Under the pieces are notes generated by a model. That model had not been told where the DNA came from and searched no databases. It saw nothing but the letters and a program-made list of their open reading frames with translations. Shown in pieces: positions 37,415 to 52,253 of a stretch of 64,000 nucleotides of DNA (its first letter is position 1; every line of letters begins with the position of its first letter). The position numbers and the translations under genes are program-made. Source of the DNA: Octopus sinensis (taxonomy: Eukaryota); assembly GCF_006345805.1 (NCBI RefSeq), contig NC_043001.1, positions 58,404,001-58,468,000 on the forward strand. Reading direction: 5' to 3'.

Positions 37415-38399
37415 TCACCAAAGTGACACAGGTTGATGATTAGTACCAGTATTTCTAAATATAAGAGTCTGTCATAAAGAAACTGGTGTAGACATAAAGA
37501 CAGTAGTAAATGTGGAAAACGTAACTCTACTCTAAAATTCGTTTCGTTTCGTTTGGTTACACACCGAAAGTGATAATTACGAAAGCTGGAGGAGTTAAAA
37601 TAATTCCCAGATCGTGTGCAGTCAATCAATCCAACAAAATCTGAGAAACTACAAGAAAAACTCAAGGGGATTTGCATGTGAAAATAGCTACAGGCTTTAA
37701 AAATATTCGCTTTAATGGCGATGATATTGACAGCACTTACTAACTAGCAGCTCAAAGTAGAATATTGCTGCATACTTTGAAATAGATGCAATGTAAATCA
37801 GAACTTGAAGAAGAGAAAATGCTTCTCCGGATGAGAGAATTTTTTGAAATTACTGCAATTACTCGCATCTTAAATAGACCAAGTGATCGTCCGGGTCTAT
37901 TCTATGAGTTTCAACGATACTTAATAAAGATGCCAATGCAATGGTTAAATAGAATGACCAGTCTCGCAATAGCGTACTACATGATATTCACCAAACTCTG
38001 GATATTGATCACTAATGTTGCTATGACTTAGAAATATCTGAACGCGTAACTATTTTTTTTGCGGGGGTGCCATCAATGAAATTTGGTGATAATGATGCAG
38101 TTAATATGCTTTATTTCATTAAAAATCCTGGAGTTTCAAGTCAACCATACCTCTATTTAAGAATATTGCAACGTAAAGGGTAAGATTAGTGTTTCTTATT
38201 TAACAAATGGAATTGCTGTTGCGTTGATGGAAAGTGGAATCTCATTGGTTTTTATGTCTTTAAGCTTCCATTTTTTAATTCTTGAGAAATCATTATCAAC
38301 TATGCAAAGAAGACTTTCACGAATTAAAGAAAATGTAAATGCACTTATTAAAAGGATAACAGATATTCAGTTTTTTTCTATATTTTTCAGATAAGATTA

Positions 38400-38638
38400 T
38401 TTACATTATACGAATATGTATCCTCATCTTGTTTGTTGTTAGCACAACCTTTCGGCTCCCAAGCCTTCGTCCCGGTAGAATTTTGAACCCAACCGTTTTT
38501 CTCATTCCTAAGGTACTTTTTTGTTGATGTTATTATCATTATTATTAATGTTATTATTATTATTTATTCAAGGCATTGCCTGGACTCGAACTCGTAATCT
38601 TGGAGTTAGTAGCCCGCGCTTTTAACCATAACGCTATA
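38400..38638 (-). mobile_element. tRNA-headed short element (left arm of divergent pair)
   Basis: Reverse complement has a near A-box tagcgttatgg, a perfect B-box GTTCGAGTC, a TAA linker and a tail with ggct-tggg-agcc-GAAA (CUGA core deleted). Confidence 0.7.
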
Positions 38639-38827
38639 TGTCCGTGGACAATTATAGAGCGAATTTTGAGGGCTTATAAGCCTAGTATTTTTGTATCCTT
38701 CCTTAATAATACCGGTTCCCATATTCTACACAGAAGATCAGCATTTCCATCAAGTCTCCTCTATTTGCATTTTTAGATAGGTGTCCGTCAGTAGTTTTTC
38801 TTGAATCATCGATAGTGCTTCACTGGT

Positions 38828-39078
38828 ATATAGCGTAATGGTTAAGAGCGAGGGCTACTGACCCCAAGATTACGAGTCCAATTCCTGGTAGTGTCTTGAA
38901 TAAATAATAATAACAATAATAATTATTATTATAGCATTAGCAAAGATACCTTAGAAATGAAAACCCAATGATGGGTTCAAAATTCTACCAGGACACCTGA
39001 TGAAGGCTTGGGAGTAAATGAGTCGAAACATTTTGGTAGCAAAACACAAGATGAGGATGCATATTCGTATAATATAAA
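38828..39078 (+). mobile_element. tRNA-headed short element with hammerhead-like tail (right arm of divergent pair)
   Basis: Perfect A-box TAGCGTAATGG (38831-41), B-box with one mismatch, TAA linker, CTGATGA (38997-39003), 5-bp stem II ggctt/gagtc, GAAAC (39025-29); stems I and III are decayed. Confidence 0.7.
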
Positions 39079-41178
39079 TAATGTACAGAATTCCTCGTCT
39101 CTAAAATATAGAACAGAACTGAATACCTGTTATCCTTTTAATGGGAGCATTAATGTAAATAATGTACAGGTATTCAATTGAGAACATAAAAAAGATAAAA
39201 TAATCACTTTTGAGGAACAAACATTTTCAAAGTGAATATATATCACCCAGAACCCCAATGCATCATAATATCGCTGAGGAGTTACGTGAAGAAAATTAGC
39301 TTCTCAACAAAAAATATGTTACATGGCGATGCAGTACTCTACTTCTTACATCTAAATAATAACGTTCCCATGTCATTAGATAATAGCGTTATGATACCAT
39401 GTGTAAATGCAGGTTAAACCAATTCATAAACATTGCATACTGAAATGTTAGGTAAGATTTAAAAAATCACTTAAATCACTCAGTAGCTTTGAACAAAATT
39501 ACTCATTCACAACAACCTCCTTATTATCCTAATCTAAACATTTTTGAATTATTCTGTTTATGCGTTTCTGGAATGGCAACTAAAGACCTACAGGATGGCA
39601 TAAGACTTATCAACATAATTTGAAACTGTATTACATCAGTAAGCATATTATCACTGGCAATAGATTCACGATCTAGTTATGCGAACAGTTTGTTTAAGCC
39701 CACATGGGAGAAACTTATAGATAATTTTGAAAAGGTGCGGTACCCCATGACTTTCATGTTTGTCATGGCTATTAACATAGCTAACATTGTAGCATCTTGC
39801 TCTATGTATGTGTGATATGATGAGTGTGTGTATGTGTATTTGCGAAGTCCATTATTTATAACGTAACTGATTCATTTTAAGTAATACTAACAATATTACA
39901 AAGATGGATTTATTAACTCGTAGCACTGCATACCTGTTATTACCTCCTGAAATGTATACAAAAACACTCTAGTGAACTTTCGGTTTGAAATTTGCATCTA
40001 ATATATTTCTGAAGACATAATAGCAAGCGAATTGCAATATCTCAGAGAATCTTGTAAATATTTGATGTAAAGTTAACTCTACGATGTAAATATCAATGTA
40101 AATTACAAGCTGTAGCATGTTTAAAAATTCTGTAAGTTAGTGTAAAATGTTATTATTACAGTATACTGAAATTTATATCACTTTATGAAATATTGTGAAC
40201 TTCGCTTACATGTATATGTACGGTTCTATATGTAGTATTACATGCGACTAACTGCAACCGAATGTGAAATGTAAAGATTTACTATCTTAGGAAATGTTGA
40301 AACAAGTATTATAACTTAGAATGTTGCAAATCCTACACATTGCAACAAAGTGCAGCATGTGTTTTCTATTAGAAAAGTTGCCATTAACAGCAACCTACAG
40401 TTCAATATGTTATTAGCTTACAACTGCTAAATATTTGTGAATTTGTGAATAGAATTATGATTCCCTGTGAATTGTTTTACGATTTCATTAATTAACATAT
40501 AGTTATATATAAATTTCCATTCCTATATATATGGGATCATACAAATAATGGGAAAAATACATGCATCTCTAAGTCCTCTCATTTTAAAGCAATTTAATTA
40601 GGACTTTAAAAATATCAAATTCCGCATCTGACTGCAAATTTGGGTTAAAAGAAGCTATGTGTAATTTACTTTACATAGTTTCCGATTACATACGTTTATC
40701 CACAATACTTCGAACAACCACGATTTAAGGGAGAAAACACTTATCCAAAATTGTTCGTGTAGAAATAAAGGAAAGGCTGATCATTGTTCCCAAGGAAGTA
40801 ACTTATTTATGATTATTTCAACTTCTAAGATTTAATTTTATCATTTGTTGATTTTAGACTTTAAATATCTCTAAAGATGGATTTGCTTATTCTGCTCATT
40901 GCTTGTATAATCATAATCTATCGAAAAAATTTTCAAACTACTATATGAAATAGTTGAGACCCGAGAATATCTGTACATGAGAACTTCATGATGCTTGCAA
41001 AAATTGCATACATATTAGCGAACATGCCTAAACAGGCGCTAAATGCGTTAATGTACGTGTGTGTGTGTGTGTTTATAAATGGGTATTGACATACACACAT
41101 ATATATATATATATATATATATCTACATGCACATATACTTAGATATATATACACATAGATGTGTGTACGTGTGTGTAC

Positions 41179-41224
<46 letters not shown>

Positions 41225-42049
41225 GTATGTGTGTATGTGTGCGTGTGTATGTGCGTATGTGTGTGTGTATGTACGCACACAAGAAAATATCAACTGGGTT
41301 TTTCCTGACAGATATTGTATGTAGATTGGATATTCTTGAATTGTGTCGATTTGCCATAACACGTGTGAGCGGTGCCTAGAAAATATTTCCTTCCTTCCCA
41401 CATATGCATCCTAACCCATATTCACACAATGCTCACGCACATCTATCCTTGCATGCATATATAAATACATAATACAAACTTGCAAAGAACAAAAAATAAA
41501 ATAAAAACAAATCTGAAAATAAATTCAAATTGTCAGCTAAAATTATAAATTTCAACAATTTCTCTACATTAAACCTATTTTAAAAAAATGAAAATATCTT
41601 ACAACATTTCTTACGACAAGCAACACCATTAATACCTCGCCCAAAATCACTCCAGTAAAAATAAAAGATAACTAAAATAAAACCTGATTTCTAACTGATT
41701 CAGCAAAACAGGAGTGAAATTATAATATTGCTCAACTGATAATGGTTCACCGTTTCCGTGAAGCGAATATTAAATCAGTGTTTCAGGCAAATTTTCCAAG
41801 GTCTTGAAAATCGAAAAATTTTAGCTATGTCATATATTCAGGAATAGAAACGTGGGTGGAAAATAACTCCACGAAAAGAAAAAAATAGAAAAAAGAAGTA
41901 TTTTTAGAAATAGAGGTAACAAAAATATATCGAAAGGGAGAACAATAGAACGAGAGGAATACAACTACAAGAAAGTAGCGGGATGTCAAAACAAAACAAA
42001 AAGAATCATGACAAAGAAAATATCAAAATATACAAGTAATAGTAGTTGC

Positions 42050-42098
<49 letters not shown>

Positions 42099-42243
42099 AT
42101 AGTAGTAGTAGTAGTAGTAATAGTAGTAGCAGCAGCAGCAGCAACAGTCGTGGTTTTCAACTGTACGAAAATACGTAAAATCATTTCTAAAACAAAGAAA
42201 AAATGACGGAGAGACATATGTATTTATGCATTCATGTATATAA

Positions 42244-42294
<51 letters not shown>

Positions 42295-42305
42295 ATATAT
42301 AATAA

Positions 42306-42388
<83 letters not shown>

Positions 42389-42890
42389 TAGATATAGATA
42401 TATATAGACGCATAAAGATATATATTACACTCTCACCAAAATGCAGAAGAATTTCTTATGCTTAAAATATTACCTTCTCTTTTCATAATGTACAATTTTA
42501 TGTCAATAACACAATAGAAAGCGTTGTGTTATGCTCTCTTAGTTTCATTTTCTTTTACTTTGCTTTCCTCCCGTGAAATAATCCGACACCACATCCTACC
42601 CAAAATGAAGAGAATATATCAAGAAACATCAAATTGTAATAGAAATTCTCTTTGCTGCATTTCTTAGTTGATGGCCAACACATACAAAACACGCGAAGAA
42701 ACGCGCGGGCATTAAGCTGCCTGCCTACACATTCAGTAATATACACATACATGTGTCACACAACATAAGAAATAACAAACTGGAATTGGATAGTAAATCT
42801 AATCTGATTCATGACAGAATGAACATACAAATGCACATCGACAGTTACATTACCATTACATATAAAGATACACGCATAAATACATACAAA

Positions 42891-42935
<45 letters not shown>

Positions 42936-42999
42936 TATATATGTATGTATGTATGTATGTATATATGTATATATATATATATATATTATATAAACACAT

Positions 43000-43057
<58 letters not shown>

Positions 43058-43639
43058 GTATGTATGTATATGCATGTATACATACATACATACAGACAAA
43101 GATAGAGGCGACAGTAAAATAAGCTCAGCATAGAAAACAAACAGTAATGCTCGAATGAATTTGTACATAAATTCTAAATTCCTTATGCGGAGCCAGGCCC
43201 ACGAAATCAGAAGTAACTATAACAACATCAACAACAAAAATCCAAACGGAACTGTTATGGATGAAGTGAGATTCATAAATACTGTTACATTTGAGGCATA
43301 TAATTTCATGCAGCACGAAATAAAGGTTACAAATGAATGAGAAATCTAAATAATGAAAAGCATTATGTGATGGAAGTTCTTTCAATAGGCCAAACTCCAA
43401 TAGGCAAAACCTAAAAAGTTATTTCAATAGGACAATCTTACGTAGCCACCATATCCATAGATTTTCTGTGCATGACGTCACTGGTGCGAGAGCTGGGAAA
43501 CTCTTAAAATATGTTAGACCAACCTTTTCTAGAGAAGAGTGGCAAATACCTATCTTTTACATTTCACTAGTATGAAACAGTTAAATATTTAGAACGGATA
43601 GTGCAAAAACAACAGCAACAAAAATAATAATAATGGTTA

Positions 43640-43828
43640 CAAATTTTGGGGCAGCGAATGAATCAATTACATCGACCTCAGTGTTTCACTGGTACTTAAT
43701 TTATCGACACCGAAAGGATAAAAGGCAAAGTCGACCACGAAGTAACTTGAACTCAGAACGTAGAGGCAGACGAAATGCCGCTAAGCATTTTCCCGGCATG
43801 CTAATGATTCTGCCAGTTCGTCGCCTTT
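43640..43828 (-). mobile_element. SINE family a, flanked by TAA repeats
   Basis: Reverse complement matches 11962-12130. Confidence 0.8.
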
Positions 43829-43849
43829 TCATAATAATAATAATGAGAT

Positions 43850-44090
43850 AGGATTAACTATCGTAATGCATACTATATGAAGCCACATTCCTGGATAACA
43901 AGAACAATGGAAATATATAGAGTAGCAGAAAACATGAGAAGTCTTATATGGAACAGTATGTTATGATGGAGAACTGAATTGACAGCACGGAATCAGGTAT
44001 TAGGAAAGGTGGAAATCAAGAGATGATTCTTCCCGAGGTACAAGGTGTTCCCACTGATTTTTTGTGCCCTGAAATATCACTTTGAGTGAT
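43850..44090 (+). mobile_element. R4/Dong-type RT fragment, decayed
   Basis: INYRNAYYMKPHSWI...WRTELT...GKVEIKR resembles WIDYKKA(F/Y)D.PHSWI...W.T.LT...V.I..GIFQGD; preceded by TAA. Confidence 0.65.
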
Positions 44091-44624
44091 ATACAACATG
44101 AAACAATTTGGGAAGAGGTTAGGGAAAACTGAACAACTCAATAATAATAACATATATGTCTCTTTAAACTATTTTCTATAATTTTTAGAATACTCGTAGA
44201 ATGTTGAATTTAGCTTAAGTAATTTGTGTCGCGAGTTGGGCGGCGCCAACTATCCCAACGATGAAATGGTGCTATACGCGGTTACAAATAACTAAAGAAT
44301 TTCGAGAACTTTATATTTTATTTTATCTAAGACAGAAAAAAGATTAAGAATTTAAACTTAAGCGCTTCATATGCATTTTCTTCAACCTACATTAATTTCG
44401 AAGAAATTCTCTCCTTTTTAATGATAAGTCACACCCAGAAACAACTCCGTGTTCACATTACATAATGATTTTTTACATTATATATTATTTATCTTTTTTC
44501 TGTAAACTCGTATTTTTGCTCTATGTAAATATATGTCTCAAGGTTGCATGCTTTATCTTTCTTATATTTATGTGTGTTTTTGTAAGCATCCAAGTTTACA
44601 TTGCAGTTGAGAGACAATCACTGC

Positions 44625-45047
44625 CATCGCTAACGCCAGGACTACATGCTCACGTGATTTCGGTCTTCTTGGCCTTGTCAATGGCAGACGCCTCACCTCT
44701 GAAACAAGCAGTGACAGCTCTGCTGGCAACACACGCATAATCAGCGTCAATACGAAAATGTAATATTTAACACCACATAAAATTAGATGCTGAATTAGAA
44801 CACACAGTACAGCAACAGTTACCATAAAACACACTCTCATATGGTGCAATACGGCTTCTGTCACTATTTATTTATCTTTCAATAAGCCCACTTGTTATTT
44901 ACGACATCAGAGCATGATCAGGCACTGTGATTCTATGTATATCCCGAGCGGAGGGGTCGTTGCTATTTCAAGCTATTAGGTCTCTGCCGTTGACAAGGCC
45001 AAGAAAGGTCGCACTAACGTGATCTAGTGATCCTGGCGGTAGCGATG
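44625..45047. repeat. ~70-bp inverted repeat pair (44625-44693 / 44978-45047) around a ~285-bp spacer
   Basis: catcgcta.cgccagga...ttcttggccttgtcaa(t/c)ggcaga and its reverse complement. Confidence 0.8.
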
Positions 45048-47179
45048 TCTATGTTTTCTCTTCCTATCAATGTAAACAAAAGTGCTTCTTTCAACTAGAA
45101 AGCCATATCAGAGGTTCTCCCGTGGTAACTATTGCAGTATTCTCTATGTCTAAGGTTGAGTGCATATCTGAACGTTTTTATGTATTACTTCCGTAAAACT
45201 CACTTAACAACCACAATATTAGACAAACACTTACGTGAACATGCACTTACGTAAACATATGTGTGTGATGGGATGCTTGTATATATGTATATAGGTCAAG
45301 TAGGAACCACTTAGTTATTCTGTGAAATTCGAATGTTACGGTTTACAGTCGGAGTGGGATATCACAGTTTCGTGATTTGTTCGGCTGGTTGAAATCAAGT
45401 TTGAGAAACTTATGTGATACGCATAGATCAAAGAATATATCTACAATAAAAAGATTTTTAAAATAGCTGTAGCCTGATTGAAGATATTATCGCAGCATCT
45501 TGTTTTTTGTTGTTGCGGTGACATGAAAGAGTGTGGAAAGTCGACGAAGTTTTGAAAGTCACCTTGCAGTGGCATTTTCACCGAATTTCTTGTTAGCTCT
45601 GTGACAATTCACAATGATTTAGAGACGTTCGCCAATTTTGCAAGTGCGTAAAATTGGCCTGTATTTCTATCAGCAGCAAGTCATCAAAAAATACTTCAAT
45701 GTTTTGAATTACTCGATATATAAATCCTTCACGCTTCAAGATTACAGCGGAGGTAATATATAGATTCTTCACGGCAGTATTAACCGTTGCATGCAGTAGT
45801 TAAACACAAGCGAAAACTTGTACAACATCCAGTGTTTGGAGAAAGGCAGGAAGAATGATAAAAACGAATCTAGTAACCGCCTCTGCAGTCTATTCTTGGC
45901 AACTTTACTCTTGGATGTATTACCCTAAGAATCCACGAAGTGGTTCTCTAAAATTACCATATCATGATGATGCTCAATACCATACTACACTGTTTACTAA
46001 AAATGGTCTGACCTCCTTCAAATAGGGAAAATTGCTACAGCCACTCTATTTTTCAGGCATTTTTCCATCAGACTTGCACTTTGCTAAAATCATTTAAATG
46101 GGAACTTATAGCCAGCATAGAAGACATATAAAAGGGTATATATATATATATAGTAATGTATAATCTTACAATACGATAGAGAGTAGTGATAAAAAAAATG
46201 AAGCAGTTTATACAGATAATTAACCGTGCTGCATATCATGTCATGTTTCTACGTTTAAAGGAATCTTAAATACGCTTATATAAATAATATTCAGAATGAC
46301 CAATATCTTCCGGTCATTGAGCGTCATTGAGATGTGTGTGTTCATATAAATGTAGATATATGAACACACACACACGTATGCACACAACCCCCCCCACACA
46401 CACACACAACACACACTTCATAAACAAACAAACATAAGCTCGCTCACAATTATAAACAACTATGTATAATCAATTTCAATTTCGACCAATTTTAAACCCA
46501 TTAGTATTTTCTGCGACAGTACACGTGAGGCATGTTTGAGTAATTAGGTGCTCTCCCTTAGCTATCTTGAGAAAGCTTAACCTAACATAATACGCAAGTG
46601 TTTTCGTAAGTAACAGAAATCAGATGATTCAAAATTACATCAGGCGTCAACTCAAGGATTTGATCACTCTTTACTTCATAGTTTTTTTACCCACTTTTTA
46701 ACCTGTAGTCCTATGAAAACTGACTCAGTGCAAAAAATTAAATGCGAATGATTTAAACAATCTATTAGGCATTACTCCTCTCTTAAACTTCTTCTTGTGT
46801 GATAAATATTTCTACACCTCTGCAAATTATGTTTAGATTTCCACAAATAGATTCCTGTCGTTAAGATCTTTTACTCAAACGCAATTAAAAGTAAAAATAA
46901 TACAAGTGCAGGGAAAAATAGTGATTAGACTTTACATTTATGAAAGGCTCACTAGCTTTGAAAACAAATTTTCATGGAAAGATTTTTACTAAATTAATCT
47001 TCTATTAAATGCAACAGAGTAATTCTTCTTCCATGAACTTAACGGTATATAATTCAGGGAAGAATTGAATTAGCCAGAGTGTCCAATAGAGGTCGCAAAA
47101 TGAAAAATGCTGACTCATAGACGAAAGATATACATGGACACATACTCATATATGTGTGTATCTGCATGTTTGTGAAGGA

Positions 47180-47520
47180 GCATGGCGAAGTGGTTAGAGC
47201 GTTGGGTTCACAATCATGAATTAGTGAGTTCTATTAATGGACTGTGCTGGGAGTTGTGTTCTTTTGCAAGAAACTTCAATTCACATTCCTCCAGTTCACT
47301 CAGTTGTAGAAATGAGTTACGACGTCACTGGTGCCAAGTTGTATCGGTCTTTGTTTTTTCCGTGGATAACATCGATGGAGTTGAGCGGGAAGGCTGGTAT
47401 GCATGAGTGAAGGCTGGTCTTTCATAAAAAGAAAACCACGATCGGACTTGTTCCTCGGAGCGTAACTTTCTAGGCGCAGTCCCATGGTCATTCATGACTG
47501 AAGAGGGTATTTACACTTTA
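47180..47520 (+). mobile_element. tRNA-derived SINE-like element (family c)
   Basis: A-box-like TGGCGAAGTGG followed by ttagagcg and a decayed B-box gagttcta; GC-richer 340-bp block ending at a TA tract. Confidence 0.55.
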
Positions 47521-47540
47521 TATCTATGTTTACCGACACA

Positions 47541-47592
<52 letters not shown>

Positions 47593-48036
47593 GCAGCCCG
47601 TTATATCACATACAATTTCGACGTTTTTATGTATGCATATGATGCTAAGAGAATGAATCAGACAGTGACAGATATAGTTAGACATATGAACACAAAAACA
47701 AAGAATGTCTCGTTTCACAAGAAATCCACAGTAATATCTCAAAATATTTGCTTCAGTGTTTTATATATTTAGTGTTGTACAAGCATCGTTCTTAATAGTG
47801 AGATATCTTTGTTGAAGCTCTAAAATACCTAGTAAACGAAATTAATATTTTCTCATTCAGCCTATAGTGTTTACATTTTCGTATACAATCGTACATGCAT
47901 ATATATATATGAAAATAGTATTCATGTGCGCACATTTATACATCTTTATACATGCTATGAATAGCAGTGTATGTATACGTATATATCCATGAATATTTAT
48001 ATGTATACGTGCAGACACATCTCGGACTATATATAT

Positions 48037-48085
<49 letters not shown>

Positions 48086-49013
48086 TTAACGTATATATAT
48101 GCACACACATCTATATACATACATATCACGCGTACATATATACACGCATAGACACATACACACAAACACACATATAGAATTTTGTATATGCATCTATATG
48201 TACGTGTGGGGCATTTCATTGTGAGGGAGGGTTATTTGTGTATTAGAGGCTATCATATTCAGAAACTTATTGAAATAATACACTATTTTTCTATCTCTTT
48301 TTACTTGAAAATTCAATTGAAATACAAGAATAAAATCAAATTCATTTGCATGCCCTTGTGTTTTTTTCTAGATATTGGTAACTCTCTATGCATGTGTATG
48401 TTAGTGTTTTTTATTATATGACTGTTTGCGCCTTTCAGTATTTTGCTCAAGTTATAATATATATACACATATGCACACACATATATGTGTGTGAGTGTGT
48501 ATGTGTGTGTATGTACATATGTATATCTATTTATATACATGTTTATATATAAATATATACACACATATATATATATGTGTTTAAAGATATATATATATAT
48601 ATATATATACGTTTACATACACATGTGTGTGCGCATGTGTGTATATGAGTGTGCGTGTTCGTTTGTTTGTAGCATTTTCTCGTATTCCTATCCGTGATTC
48701 CCAACTGAGCATTTTTCTATATGTTTACATTACTTCATATCTATTATGATTATTTTCTCATAACGATTTTCTTTTTCATTCTACAACTACAATCATCTTG
48801 CAGGTGGTTTTGAAACCTCTAATATATATTTATGTGTATATTTATATATATAAATACATTCATACATACGTCCATACGTACGTACATACGTATATATATT
48901 TTGTTATAGATATATATGTATATATATTGTTATATTTTGGCGTGTTCAGTTTTTCATTGCCAAATAATCACACGCTGTATTCGTTCTTCACACGTTTATC
49001 ATTGTTCTTAAGA

Positions 49014-49076
<63 letters not shown>

Positions 49077-49218
49077 ATAATGTATGTGTGCAGAGTTGCA
49101 TGTGTGGCTTTCTGTATGTATTCTCATGCATACAGTTGCATATCTATTCATGCTGATATGTATTTAAATGATAAACTTCTAGAAACATTTTACAGATTTC
49201 TACAATTCTAGTGATGGA

Positions 49219-50235
49219 TTAGATCTGTAGTCTTCGAATTAGCTTTCTTGTTTCTTGTTTCGAGAAGCCTATTTTCTGAAGATTGGTATATATGCAGTGT
49301 GTTACATATGTCAAGGCCCCCAAAATTACAGCTTTCGACCACAACGTGTATTCTGGATAAAGTAACTGCAGATTTCTCAATTGTTCAGCGCATGTATACT
49401 CTTTTTCACTGATATTCAGCTTTAGGTTAACAGCCGCTTGGAAGCTAATTTCCACAACTGTGCACAAATTCTTTTTATCCCAAATCAATTTATCAGGTTT
49501 GCTGTGCTTTCATTTTATTGAGATCCTCACTGGGACATACCCCCAGTACTCCATTTTATCATGAGTGGCTATGTCTACTACCATACTGTCGGTTCATATT
49601 TCTTTGTTTTCGTCGTTATCCTTCAGACAGATTTCATTAGAGGGTGTGAAATCAAAACAACCTCTCTCATCGGTAGATAATACCGTGTTAAAATTTTCGG
49701 ACAACTGCTTACGATGCATCGGTTGTTACATTTTACTGCTGTTCCTACATCACTATCCCTTTGGTGCATCAGGTATTTGGTTGCTATTTCCTGTTCCTGG
49801 ATTACAAAAAAGCATACCTTTCTAAATTGGAGGTAGTAATCCGGCTATTGGTGCTTGATCAACGTTACTATCATCGGAGCTTTCAACTAACATATCCATG
49901 CATAGCCTTCTGCTCATAGAGGCTCAACTTTGGTCATGAATTTTAAGTTATCCCACTAAAGTGTTGCTCAAGGAGCTACCTTGCATGTCTTATGATGTTT
50001 TCAGCCTCATTTATGCAACCTTGGTCAAAGGATGCACTTCGAGACTTGGTGGTTAAAAGAAAGGTTATGGTACGGCATTCAAAAGCATTTTGGATTGATG
50101 TTAAGCCACTACAGCTTTCTTTTCGTTTTAGGTAGAGGCGGTCTACATCACTCTTTATGTGGAAATTGTGTGTGTTTCTTGATATTTTTCCAGTTTTCAC
50201 GTCAATGGCTCGGATCTCATGAATCACCCAACATA
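49219..50235 (-). mobile_element. RLE LINE family E (R4-related), decayed 3' half
   Basis: ORF 49976-50227 has IDVKT...SDVDRLYLKRK. Stitched frames give IQEQEIATKY, SSCPKILTRYYLPMR and KPD. ORF 49219-49488 has CTVVEIS...EK...LRNLQLLYP...ILGAL. Confidence 0.7.
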
Positions 50236-51258
50236 GCAGCCCAAGTATGTATGTATGGATGCATGTATGTATGTATACATGTATATATACGTGTGCGTAT
50301 GTATGTATGTAAATAACTATCTATTTTAAGAATCGCTTTAAGATACATGGCGTATGTTAAGATTATGCCTGTTCAAGTATCATAATAGCATCGAACTATT
50401 TGTAACTCTTTCGGTTGACTATTTAATTTATATATATATATATTATTTTTCATTCTTCTTTGTCATGTCTTGAGTATGTATACTAGATATACTGTTTGGG
50501 ATTCAGTATATATGAATATAGCATATACTTCTAGCTGTACGAGGGTAACTGGAGAGTTTAGTGCCCAACATTGTGTATCCTCAGCTATGCTGCTTGTATT
50601 ATAGTGGTGTGGTTGCTACTGTCATTAGTAGCATTACTAGCTGCGCAAATGTAAGAGGAATTTCGATACACACGATTTTATATCATTCAGCACAAATGTT
50701 ATATACATGTATGTGTGAGTATGATATTTTAACTCTCAACACGTTCTTTTTAAGGTATTCACATCACATTCAAAGTATTCCCATCACTCTTTCTCAGTAT
50801 CATTTCTGATGTAAGTATGTAGTCATATTCAAAATTATATAGTCAATTTGTTTTGTATCCTTAAAATATATGACATAAATTACACATACTCTTCCTCCCT
50901 TTTACTAACAGGTAAGTTGTGACCCTCAGATGAGTGAGCTCTTATATTACTCTCTTGTAAAAATTTTTGTGGATTTTGGTAATCATTGAATTACATGCTG
51001 CATTCATAAACTTCAGTTTTCGCTGAACCCATAATTATTTTCCACACATTTTACTCGCGATATACTGATGATCTTTGCAAGGAACAATGCTGGTTAATAT
51101 CATATTATCAGAAGGCTCTGTGTTAAACGCACAAAACAGTAGTATGCCGGGAAAATATATTGATAAAGTAATCACTTTAAAAAATGAGAAATCACGAGTT
51201 TCGTTTCTTATTTTGACATATCCCATAGATTTTGACCTGTTTACAACAGTAAGGATTT

Positions 51259-51328
<70 letters not shown>

Positions 51329-51764
51329 TAATAATAATAATTTCATTTATTTGCCACCAGGACGAAGGATGAGAGGGACAGTACAAAAATAGACATAAAG
51401 TGAGTGTATTTACACATAATGAAATGGTATATTAATTCTTTAAAATGTAAGTATACACGGTATATAATGAAATGGAAGAGGCATATAGTTAGTATAAGAA
51501 GGCTGACTTCTAAGGATAATCCAGGAACAACGCTGTCCGAGATTTCCATGAGCATTAAGAGGAAGTGCCCTTTCACTCCGACTCACAGATCTACATTTAG
51601 ATAGGTTACATCCACACTTCCGCTTTTCACAAATTTGACCCAACTTTCAATACACTCGAGTTCAGCACTTCCCTCTCCACGCTCAATTTCCTTTTCAAGT
51701 GAAACTTGAAAACGTTAATGAGAGCTCTACTAAAGACGGATGTATTGGTCCTCGTAATAATAAT

Positions 51765-51985
51765 TATTGCTATTCCTAGTGAAGGCACAATGCTTGATAT
51801 TCATGGGATGAGACTAGTCGATTACGTCGCCCCCAGTGTTTCAAGGGTACTTAATTTATGACCCCGAAATGATGACAGGCAAAGTCGACCTCGGCTGAAT
51901 TACAACCTAGAAAGTAGCGAGAGGCGAAATACCGCTAAGCATTTCATCCAGCATACTAACGATTCTACAGTTCGCAGCCTTTACA
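51765..51985 (-). mobile_element. SINE family a, flanked by TAA/TGA repeats
   Basis: Reverse complement matches family a (ggcaaagtcgacctcgg...gaaataccgctaagcattt). Confidence 0.8.
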
Positions 51986-51986
51986 A

Positions 51987-52012
51987 TTATGATGATGATG
52001 ATGATGATGATG

Positions 52013-52057
<45 letters not shown>

Positions 52058-52071
52058 TTAATATTAATAAT

Positions 52072-52115
<44 letters not shown>

Positions 52116-52215
52116 TAATAATAACAATAATAATAACATTAAAAATAATAATAATAATAATAATAATAACAATAATAATAACAATAATAATAAAAATACT
52201 AATAACATAAAAATA

Positions 52216-52253
<38 letters not shown>

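Noticed and set aside
38828-38905. Possible tRNA-Ser(ACT) gene
   Set aside because: No convincing acceptor stem or long variable arm; it is embedded in a repeated element, so it is treated as a SINE-type head.
43155-43340. 61-aa Asn-rich ORF
   Set aside because: No recognisable motif and weak splice signals.
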